Of a stretch of 62,776 nucleotides of DNA, positions 9,661 through 17,372 are shown piece by piece. Both the position numbers and the translations under genes were made by a program. The DNA is taken from assembly GCA_020849095.1 (NCBI GenBank), contig JADLGX010000320.1, forward strand, positions 1-62,776, given 5' to 3'. Every line of letters starts with the position of its first letter. Position 1 is the stretch's first letter. Below the pieces are notes generated by a model. It saw nothing but the letters and a program-made list of their open reading frames with translations. It was not told the origin of the DNA and did no database searches. The DNA is from Candidatus Eiseniibacteriota bacterium. Its GTDB lineage: Bacteria > Eisenbacteria > RBG-16-71-46.

Positions 9661-12600
9661 CGAGCACCCCCGAGTTCGTTGCCAACAACAATGCGAGCGA
9701 GACAGCGTGTGCGAAGTCGAAGTACTTTGGATCAAAGGCCCGCGCGCGTCGTAGCCCGAACAGCGCTTCGATTCCCGCCTCTTCCCCCGTCAGACTGATC
9801 GCTGCCAGGAGCGCCGGCGCCTGTAGGACGCTGGTGCGGTAGCCCTGCGAAACCACCGAGCATGCGGTAGCGGCCATGCGCATCGTCTCTTCCCGCAGCA
9901 GGTGTTGCCATTCGAACTCAGGCCATCGCGCGTCTGCATTTCGACGGAAGAAATCCTGCCGCTCCTCGTCCATTTGGTGGTTCAGGTGCTGCGCACCCAC
10001 AGGCGTCGCCGCCAGGTCGAGCACAGGTTGGCTCGGTGGCGAGAAATGCGGGACGCTCCGAGACAAGACCTCGCGCACGACCTGCATGAACGGTTGCTGC
10101 TGCACTGCGTGTTGCGCGAAGGCGTCCGTCAGTGTCGACAGGGCCTGAAGTTTCGTCCAGCCAAGGGTTGGCTCCACAAGCGCGACGACGTCGTCAGCTC
10201 GCCTGCTGGCCGCTTGGGCGGCCTGCAGCCACGCGCGAAGTGGAACGGCGCCCCACAGAAATGGCATCTGCTCGAGTGACCGCCAGAGCACGCTGATCGC
10301 CGTAGGGTCGGACGTCCGCATGAGAGCCGAGGCGGCAGCCGCGGGAACCTGGGTAACGTGACGCACGATGTCGAACGTCGTTGGGGGAAGGTCGCGCAAC
10401 GCGCCAAGAATCGCATCAATCCGCGGCCAGGATTCGTGGGACCAGTCGTTCGCGCAGCTTTCGGCGACGTGGCGGAGCGCGGCCCAGCGCTCGTCCCCCT
10501 CAACGCGCATGGCACGCTGGAGCTCATCGAGCTCCGCAGAAGGCTCACCGTGCTGCGTGATCAACAGTGGGCGAAGCCGCGCCCAGTTGTCCTGCCAACC
10601 GATGACCAGCCAAGGTCCGGCAGGAGCCTGCTCCGCGGGCCAAGCCCAGGAGGTCTCATCTATGCGCCAGAGCTCGAGCGCCGCCCCGTCCGGCTGGTCG
10701 AGCGGACGCGCATCGACCCTCAGCAGGCCCAACGCATCCTCCCCGAGAACCGCCCGACTCGCGTCGTCAATCTCCACTCGAATCACGTGCCCGTGCTCAT
10801 CTCGGATCGGGCACAGCTCCGAGTCGTAGCGCTTCACCTGAATTGGGGTTCCACCGGGATGGATGGAGCCGTGCTCCGCGGCAACTTGGACTTGCACCGC
10901 CGAATCCAGCTTGGAGGTGGTCGCGAGCATCGCGGAAAGCTGGCTCTCGACCAGGTCGAGCCATAGCTCACTCAAACCACCGGCATGCTGCGGCTGAAGC
11001 CAGGCGACGATTCGCCAGTGCGCATTGGGCGGCTTTGCCTCGAGGACGAACCGCTCGTTTCGAGGGCTCTGGGCACGGGCACGCACCGTACCCAATCGAT
11101 CGATGGCGACGACAAAGCTCGAGACCACCGGGCGCCCACCGCGGTCCACGAACCCGCGCCATCGAACGGGACATGGTGAAACAAAGCGCGCTTCCGCGCC
11201 GCGGTGAAAGAGTAGATCGACAGTCATTGACGCGCCCGGCTGAGCGTTTTCGATCTGTAGTCGAAACGCGCCATTCGATTCGCGCATCGAAGTGGCCGAG
11301 AACCCTTCGGCGGTCGAATCGCACCGAACGCCACGCAATCGGGACGAGCGGAGGACCATCGAACCGGCGCGCTGCTCGACCGCGGGCAGCGAAAGCTCGA
11401 AGTCAGGCGGCATGATGCAGGTGCGTGTGCGATGCCGCGTTTCCCCATCGACGCGAACTCGAAGGTCGATGTCTCCAGTCGGTTCGTCGGACCAAGGGAG
11501 CCAATGCGAAGGCGTTGCACACGGGCGCCACTCGAGCTGAAGTGGTAGGACTTCGCGACGCGCGTCTCCAAGCAGCTCGATGACACGTGGGCGGCCGGAC
11601 CAATACTCCGAGCCGGCGTACCCAAAGCGGACGAGTCGGCCGACAAATTCATAGTGTCGTTCGGGCGTTTCCGCCGAACCCGTGCGAAACCGGAACACGT
11701 CGTCGGCCGACCGGTACTCAGCCTCGCCGAGAATTCTCCAAACACGCCACCCTTCGGGCGCGACTCCTTCGCAGCGCTCGACCTGGCCACCGGACACCGA
11801 TGTCGGGCGGTCAGAGGCCGGGAGTGCCACGAGCACGGCGTTGCCCGCCGAGCTGATTGAGCCAAACGCTCGCACACGGTGAGTGCTGCGCAACTCGGTG
11901 CCCTCCAAAACGCGGGGCAGATCCTCGGGTATCGGCTGGCCTCCTGGCGGCTCCGTGATGCCAAGCTCGCGACTCCCAATGCTCGCCGCGAGGAGGACGC
12001 GACCGGTAACCCCGGGGCCTCGGACGATCGGACGTGGCGGTAAGGCCGGCTCGAGCCTGAACCGATCGGTCCCCTCGACCCGGGTCGCTATCGCAACTGG
12101 GCGGGCGACGCCGTCGGGCTCAACGAGCTGCAGGTAGAAGGAAGACGGAAGGGTCGATCCGTCGAGACCGAAGAGCCGCGCGAGGTCGCCTTCGGTCGCC
12201 ACCGGTGCAACGAGCGCGCGTCGCTCAAATCGAGCACCGCCTTCGAGGGAAAGCGTGAGGGCAAGCTCAATTGGAGCTCGCTGCTCTTGACTCTCCCCTC
12301 GCCGTTCTCGCAGCAGACCTCTCAGAAGCGAGAGCGCGACGTCGTCGTCGAGGCGGACCGGAATCTCGTCACGCCACGCCGGACGCACCCGATCGAGCTC
12401 GACGACCGGGTCGGCCACCTCGGGCGGCAGGAGCAGGCGTAGCTGAACAACGCTATCGACGAGCTCGGCGGTCAGGGCGAACACGGTTTCGTTGCGCAGA
12501 GTTCTCGGCAGCCAGCCAGCGAAGCGCTCAACAAGCTCGGTCGCGCCCATTCCATAGCGTTCGGCGGCCCTCAGCACGTCCGTGAAATACAAGCGCAGGC

Positions 12601-13033
12601 TCGTGCGCCTGCTGCTGTCTGCCAGCAGGCCCAGGGGAAGCCCGCCCTCGCAAGCGAGAGTGCGCAAGTACTCTCGACGTGCACCTTCCGACAACGGCCG
12701 ACCCCAGAATCGCAGGCCGCGATCGAGAACGTTGTAGAACTGGACGCTGAGCCCCTCGGTCCAGCCCACGGCAGCCAGGACATCATCCCAGCTCCAAGTA
12801 CCGCTGTCGTACCTCCTGCAAAACTCGCGCGCAGCGAACATGCAGAAGGCCGCTGAGACATGCGCGTCGATCGGACCGAACGGACGAAGCTCGGCGCGGC
12901 ATGCTTGTTGGAGCGCCTCGTGCTCGTCCCGCGTGACCCGGTGACCCCAGAGCGGCCGCCCATCAGGTCGCTGTAGGCCGTTTCGCTCCAGAATCTCCCG
13001 GACGACATGCACGCAAGTGGACATGGCTTGCAC
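9650..13033 (-). CDS. Large protein of unknown function, 1127 aa, in the DruH position of a type III Druantia-like pair
   Basis: Uninterrupted ORF (GTG 13033 or ATG 13024), translationally coupled to the DruE-like gene. No domain recognisable by eye, so the call is positional. Confidence 0.5.
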   Translation of the reverse strand: MQAMSTCVHVVREILERNGLQRPDGRPLWGHRVTRDEHEALQQACRAELRPFGPIDAHVSAAFCMFAAREFCRRYDSGTWSWDDVLAAVGWTEGLSVQFYNVLDRGLRFWGRPLSEGARREYLRTLACEGGLPLGLLADSSRRTSLRLYFTDVLRAAERYGMGATELVERFAGWLPRTLRNETVFALTAELVDSVVQLRLLLPPEVADPVVELDRVRPAWRDEIPVRLDDDVALSLLRGLLRERRGESQEQRAPIELALTLSLEGGARFERRALVAPVATEGDLARLFGLDGSTLPSSFYLQLVEPDGVARPVAIATRVEGTDRFRLEPALPPRPIVRGPGVTGRVLLAASIGSRELGITEPPGGQPIPEDLPRVLEGTELRSTHRVRAFGSISSAGNAVLVALPASDRPTSVSGGQVERCEGVAPEGWRVWRILGEAEYRSADDVFRFRTGSAETPERHYEFVGRLVRFGYAGSEYWSGRPRVIELLGDARREVLPLQLEWRPCATPSHWLPWSDEPTGDIDLRVRVDGETRHRTRTCIMPPDFELSLPAVEQRAGSMVLRSSRLRGVRCDSTAEGFSATSMRESNGAFRLQIENAQPGASMTVDLLFHRGAEARFVSPCPVRWRGFVDRGGRPVVSSFVVAIDRLGTVRARAQSPRNERFVLEAKPPNAHWRIVAWLQPQHAGGLSELWLDLVESQLSAMLATTSKLDSAVQVQVAAEHGSIHPGGTPIQVKRYDSELCPIRDEHGHVIRVEIDDASRAVLGEDALGLLRVDARPLDQPDGAALELWRIDETSWAWPAEQAPAGPWLVIGWQDNWARLRPLLITQHGEPSAELDELQRAMRVEGDERWAALRHVAESCANDWSHESWPRIDAILGALRDLPPTTFDIVRHVTQVPAAAASALMRTSDPTAISVLWRSLEQMPFLWGAVPLRAWLQAAQAASRRADDVVALVEPTLGWTKLQALSTLTDAFAQHAVQQQPFMQVVREVLSRSVPHFSPPSQPVLDLAATPVGAQHLNHQMDEERQDFFRRNADARWPEFEWQHLLREETMRMAATACSVVSQGYRTSVLQAPALLAAISLTGEEAGIEALFGLRRARAFDPKYFDFAHAVSLALLLATNSGVLDDD

Positions 13034-13286
13034 CTGAATTCGCGGTCTACACGCTGTAGCCCGTAGAGTTCAGCGAGAGCAACGTAGCTGGGTCACCTCG
13101 CCACACGAGAACACCATCCGCCCCTTCCGCACCACCAGAACGACCGACCCATCCCGTCGCGCCCCGGCAGCTTACCTCGCGGCCCCGGAAGCTGCTGTGC
13201 CGAGTGCGGACACGTTTGGTGCGACCGTTTCTGTCGCAAGGGCGCGCGGCGGAGCCGAGAGCGGCCCGCACACTGAACCTGCTCCT

Positions 13287-14408
13287 TCACCCCGCCGCCG
13301 CCTTGATCCTCGCCACCTCGTGCACGAATCCAGCGACGTCTCGCGCGAAGTCAGGCGCGCCCACCCTGCCGACCACGACGACCCGGCTCGGCTCGTCCGC
13401 GCCCGGCTCGCGCATGTTGGCGCCACCGCGGAAGCGGCTCCAGAAGAGCTGCGATCCAATCCCCTTCTGTCCGCCACCGATTCGTCCCCGATGAACGAAG
13501 TAGACGTTGCCGGTGTGAGGGTCGCTCGCGAACGCCCCGCCAATCTTGCGGTCCAGGCCCTCGAACGGTGGGTTGACCTGAACGGTGATTTGCAGCGACT
13601 TCTCGGGGTCGGGCCGCGCGATGCCGAAGCAGTTCCAGTACCGGTTGTCGAGGTCCTGGAACAGCGCCCAGAGCTTCAGCGCCGGGCACCAGTGGATCGT
13701 GAAGGTGTCGTTGCCGCCATGGAAACCGATGCGCTGTCGTCGGCGTACTGTGGCAACTTCGAGCAGCTGCTTGCGGGCCGTCTTCATCGCGCGGGCGGCC
13801 GACTTCTTGTCCTCCACGAGGAAGAGCTCGGGCATGTCGGCGTCGCGCGCTGTCGTGCGCATGAACGGGGCGCCGAGCTCGAACAACTGGTCCCAGAGCT
13901 CGGCCCCGGAGTAGAAGGCGCGCGAGTAGTCTGCGAGCTCTTCGGCCGAAGGCACGTGCGCCTTCTCCTTTGCACGCGCCAGCAAAGCGTCGATCGAGAC
14001 TGCAAATGGATCGAGCGTAGCGCCCTCCCACAGGACCACCGCGTCGAGCGGCGCCATGAAACCTGGCGGCGTGAGCTGACCCGCCCCCAAGATGACTCGC
14101 ACGTCGGTGCCCTTCTGGAACCGAAAGACGTTGGCGCGGAAAGAACCGTCGGCAGCGGGGACCAGCCGCAGGCAGTCGTGCTCCTGGAGCCACGCGAGTG
14201 CCGCCGGCTCGGAGCGCATCCCGTCGAGCGCGACGTAGGCTAACCGAATCTTCGCTGCGCTACGCTCGAGGATTTGCCACAGCGGCCACTTCCCTCCACT
14301 TGAGGCGGCTGCCGGTGTTGCGAATGTCAACGCTTCGCACCAGCCGCAGGCGTCCTCGATCGCGGCCTGAAGCACGCTCGGTTCGCTCAGAACACGCGCA
14401 TCGGCCAC
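13287..14408 (-). CDS. Two-domain protein: degenerate PLD/NgoFVII-like N-domain plus unrecognised C-domain, 373 aa
   Basis: GTG start 2 nt after the helicase stop. The N-domain follows the PLD layout, but FRANVFRF...LGAGQLT replaces HxK...GSxNLT. The C-domain (RYWNCFG...ITVQVNPPFEGLDRKIGGAFASDPHTGNVYFVHRGRIGGGQKG) is not recognised. Confidence 0.6.
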   Translation of the reverse strand: MADARVLSEPSVLQAAIEDACGWCEALTFATPAAASSGGKWPLWQILERSAAKIRLAYVALDGMRSEPAALAWLQEHDCLRLVPAADGSFRANVFRFQKGTDVRVILGAGQLTPPGFMAPLDAVVLWEGATLDPFAVSIDALLARAKEKAHVPSAEELADYSRAFYSGAELWDQLFELGAPFMRTTARDADMPELFLVEDKKSAARAMKTARKQLLEVATVRRRQRIGFHGGNDTFTIHWCPALKLWALFQDLDNRYWNCFGIARPDPEKSLQITVQVNPPFEGLDRKIGGAFASDPHTGNVYFVHRGRIGGGQKGIGSQLFWSRFRGGANMREPGADEPSRVVVVGRVGAPDFARDVAGFVHEVARIKAAAG

Positions 14409-14410
14409 GA

Positions 14411-16765
14411 CTACAGGTCCATTCCTGTCCCCGGATTCTTCGGGGCGAAGTAGCGCTCGAACGTATCGAAGAACATGTCGGCCCGGACACGCCAGAAGTC
14501 GGCGCTGGCATTGGGCCCAGGCTTGACGCCGCGCTTGGCGGCATCTTCGAGCGCATCAATGGAGGGCGAGTACGAGCGTTCACGCGCACGGAAGTCCCGG
14601 TTGTGTCCAGCGCTTGGCATGTCTGCGTGCAGCATCTCGTGGAACATCAGGAACTCGACCACGAAGAGCGGGACGTCGGGCGAGTTGAGCACGCAGTTGA
14701 GCGTGATGCTCTTGTCGGAGTACCGGCAGAATCCCCAGAGGCGCGTGGAGACTCGGGTGGACCAGCGCAGGTCTCCGATGAGCGGCGAGCCGTTTGGGAA
14801 GTGCTTCTTCACGCCGAGCACTCCGTCCCGGAGGGCAGTCAGTGAGTGTCCGCGTTCACCCGAGGGCCATGGGTTCGGCGGCCCCTTCGGGACCACCTTC
14901 GCGACCTCGGGCACCACAGGCGGTTTTGGCGGGCTGAGGATGTCGTTCAGCTCGCGTGTCACGTCGTCCACGAAGGCGCGTTGATCGTCGCGGTACACAT
15001 TTCGGCAGGCCGGCTTCCCGTCCCAGATGTCTTGCAGGTGCTTCTGCTGCGCGAGAAGCGGGAGGTTGCCGTCGACCACTGCGCGCGCAATCGTGCGTGG
15101 GTCGAACGAGCTCTTCTCTTCGAAGGTGTAGTGATGGATCGAACACCCCTTGCGCGTCGCATCGAGCAGAGCCTTGATGTCGGCCCAGCGCGGCAGCGGG
15201 TCCGGCACGTCCGCGAAGTAGGTGCGGAGCAGATCTCGCGCCAGGTCCTCCGTCACCTCGCTGGGCACAGACTCCGGCGTCGGAAACGCAGCAAGGAGCG
15301 CTTTGAGCTGCTCGTGCTGATTGTCGAAGACCATGACGGTCCTCCGCTGCAGGTCGTCCTCGAATGCCTCCTCCCAGGCGTACCAACTGTGCGGCAGACA
15401 CTGGAACACGCCCACGAGCTGCCCACGGACGTTGCTCTGAAGCAGTCGGTACGCTTCACGGACAAGCTCGATCGGAATCGAAATCCGCTGCACGTCGGTC
15501 GGTGCCGCAGCCTCCCTCGGAACGTCCAGTGGCTCGGACAGAACGTACTCGGCGTCGAGGACGTTGAACTGCTCCCAAGTGTCGAGGAAGGTCACCAAGT
15601 AGGCGGTGTCGTTGCCGCCGGACTGCTTGCCACGTAGGGCGCGGCCAACCATCTGGGTCAGCAGGCTCTCCGAACGCGTCGGCCGCGCGATGAACACGGT
15701 GCGTGTGTGCGGAGCGTCGAAGCCCTCGGTGAGCATCTCGACGTTCACGAGGACGTCCGGCTTCCTCTGCTCCTGGTACCGCTGGATGACGGCCTGTGCG
15801 TCGTCGCGGCTGTAGGCGACGTAGTCCGCGTCGACGCCCTTCTTCTTGAACTCGCCCGCCAACGTTTGGGCATGGAGCGTGTCTGCCGCGAATACGATGG
15901 TTGGACCGTACGTTCCCCGCTGCTTCAGGTAATGATCGACGATTAGCCCGTTGCGAGATGCGTTTTTCGCAAGTCGCGCCAAGACGTGGGGCCCGAGCTC
16001 GCCGAACCGCTCGAGGTATTTGTAGTCGTCGGGGGTGAAGTCCTTCTCCAAGTTCACGTTCGTCTTGACGGTCTCGAAGCTCGGCGCAGCCAGAACGTCG
16101 CGGTCGGTGAGCTCTCGACGGGTGACCTGGTAGATGACGGAATGGTCGAAGACCGCGCTGAGACGTTTCTCGTCGTCCTCGTCTGCGCGCACAGGAGTTG
16201 CCGTCAGCCCGAGCAAGGGGCATCCCCACTTCTTCAGCCGTTTCAATAGCTCGAAAGACCGCGGTGCCGGCGCATGGTGGGCCTCGTCGAGGACGACGAA
16301 CAACCCGCCCGGCGAGCCGTCGTGTAGCTCCGCAATGAATCCCGCATTGGCGTCCAAGACAGCGCTCTGCATCGAAGAGAAGATCACTTCGTGGTCGGGG
16401 CTCACGTTGGACCACTTGGCGAACGCAGATGAGAGAGCGATGAGATTCAGTGCCTCCTTGCGCGGATGCGCGACGTTCGCAATTCGCGCGAAGGTCGAGA
16501 ACGCCTGGCGGAGAAGGCTGCGGCGATGCGCGAGCCACAGTACGCGCCCACCGGCCGCGATGTGGTGGGCCAAGAGCCAGTGCGCCGCGAGCAGGGTCTT
16601 GCCCCCTCCCGTGGGGACGACGACGAGGCCGGCCTTCTTGCCCGCGTCGACGAAGTGCGCCGTCAGCCGGTCGTGAGCTGCGGTCTGATGGTCGCGCAGG
16701 GTGACGGGGCTTGCCTGCGCAGTCAGCTTCAAGTGAACGTCGGGGGTCCAGGCGGTCGTGGCCAT
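14411..16765 (-). CDS. SF2 (ResIII/DEAH-type) helicase fused to C-terminal COG1451/DUF45 SprT-like HExxH metallopeptidase
   Basis: Helicase motifs VVVPTGGGKT, VVLDEAHH and QMVGRALRG. The C-terminus LWGFCRYSDKSITLNCVL...FLMFHEMLHAD...GHNRDF fits the WGxC / I-x-LN / HExxH / H-x-x-F signature. Start set at ATG 16763-16765; the track start 16834 is a TTG. Confidence 0.75.
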   Translation of the reverse strand: MATTAWTPDVHLKLTAQASPVTLRDHQTAAHDRLTAHFVDAGKKAGLVVVPTGGGKTLLAAHWLLAHHIAAGGRVLWLAHRRSLLRQAFSTFARIANVAHPRKEALNLIALSSAFAKWSNVSPDHEVIFSSMQSAVLDANAGFIAELHDGSPGGLFVVLDEAHHAPAPRSFELLKRLKKWGCPLLGLTATPVRADEDDEKRLSAVFDHSVIYQVTRRELTDRDVLAAPSFETVKTNVNLEKDFTPDDYKYLERFGELGPHVLARLAKNASRNGLIVDHYLKQRGTYGPTIVFAADTLHAQTLAGEFKKKGVDADYVAYSRDDAQAVIQRYQEQRKPDVLVNVEMLTEGFDAPHTRTVFIARPTRSESLLTQMVGRALRGKQSGGNDTAYLVTFLDTWEQFNVLDAEYVLSEPLDVPREAAAPTDVQRISIPIELVREAYRLLQSNVRGQLVGVFQCLPHSWYAWEEAFEDDLQRRTVMVFDNQHEQLKALLAAFPTPESVPSEVTEDLARDLLRTYFADVPDPLPRWADIKALLDATRKGCSIHHYTFEEKSSFDPRTIARAVVDGNLPLLAQQKHLQDIWDGKPACRNVYRDDQRAFVDDVTRELNDILSPPKPPVVPEVAKVVPKGPPNPWPSGERGHSLTALRDGVLGVKKHFPNGSPLIGDLRWSTRVSTRLWGFCRYSDKSITLNCVLNSPDVPLFVVEFLMFHEMLHADMPSAGHNRDFRARERSYSPSIDALEDAAKRGVKPGPNASADFWRVRADMFFDTFERYFAPKNPGTGMDL

Positions 16766-16779
16766 TTCGTAACGTGCTC

Positions 16780-16795
16780 TGCGAATGCCGTGCCA
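16780..16795 (-). promoter_or_regulatory. sigma54-type promoter candidate TGGCACG-GCAT-TCGCA
   Basis: Matches TGGCACG-N4-TTGCW at 7/7 and 4/5 with exact GG-N10-GC spacing. Predicted +1 near 16769, 4 nt before the helicase ATG at 16765. Confidence 0.5.
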
Positions 16796-16854
16796 CCACT
16801 TCGCCTCACGTCTCGGCGCGCAATGCCGGGACAAGCCGCCGCGGCCACACAGAA

Positions 16855-16864
16855 GGAACGTTCC
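16855..16864. promoter_or_regulatory. Perfect 10-bp palindrome GGAACGTTCC (possible activator site)
   Basis: Centred about 90 nt upstream of the predicted +1 of the 16780-16795 element. The GGAAC half-site also occurs in both elements flanking the activator gene. Confidence 0.35.
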
Positions 16865-16870
16865 CCCGGC

Positions 16871-16884
16871 AGAAGGAGCCTTCT
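16871..16884. promoter_or_regulatory. Palindrome AGAAGG-AG-CCTTCT (possible UAS)
   Basis: 6-bp arms. Same family as AGAAGA-GA-TCTTCT at 29499-29512. Centred about 108 nt upstream of the predicted +1. Confidence 0.4.
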
Positions 16885-16897
16885 TCTCGGGCGAACG

Positions 16898-17371
16898 CTA
16901 CCTATCCCACCCCGCTTCACGGCGGTACTTCCTGAGGAGGGCGCCGAGCCGCTTGAGGGTGGCGCTTGCGTCCTTCGGCAACGCGGTCTGATGGACCGCC
17001 AGGTTGCGAAGGCCAACCACCGCGCCCAGGACGGACCTTCGAGAGCGCGCATCCTCGACGCAGGCGCGGACGCTAGGGTCGAGCACCAGGCCTTCGGCAG
17101 CGTCCCCGATAGACTGTAGTAGTTGACCTGCGGTCGCCCTCCGAAGCGAGACGGTCCTCTTGCCGACCTGCGGCAGCAAGTCCGCTGGATCGCGGCGCGC
17201 GGCGAGCGCGACCGCGATCAACAGCTCCCGCAGAAAGTCGTCGAGCTTGGACCCAACCACGGTGATGCCTCCAATCAGGTGGCTCTTCGCCGTCGTGGGC
17301 GCGCGGGCGTCTTCCTTATCGATGCGCTCGAGAAGCGCAGCCGAAGTCTCGTCAAGCGGGTGCCTAGCCAT
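16898..17371 (-). CDS. Minimal HEPN-like (DUF4145-like) helical protein, 157 aa
   Basis: The ATG at 17369-17371 lies 1 nt after the kinase stop. Predicted helical. An R-x4-H motif, RNLAVH (nt 16991-17008), sits near the C-terminus, as in HEPN RNases. Confidence 0.5.
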   Translation of the reverse strand: MARHPLDETSAALLERIDKEDARAPTTAKSHLIGGITVVGSKLDDFLRELLIAVALAARRDPADLLPQVGKRTVSLRRATAGQLLQSIGDAAEGLVLDPSVRACVEDARSRRSVLGAVVGLRNLAVHQTALPKDASATLKRLGALLRKYRREAGWDR

Positions 17372-17372
17372 T

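Noticed and set aside
15456-16799. Long alternative-frame and antisense ORFs here, and likewise at 17160-18368, 23463-24599, 35958-37211, 49540-50910 and 52093-53592
   Set aside because: They are shadow ORFs typical of high-GC DNA, with Arg/Pro/Ala/Gly-rich translations and no motifs. Each fully overlaps a gene with clear catalytic motifs.
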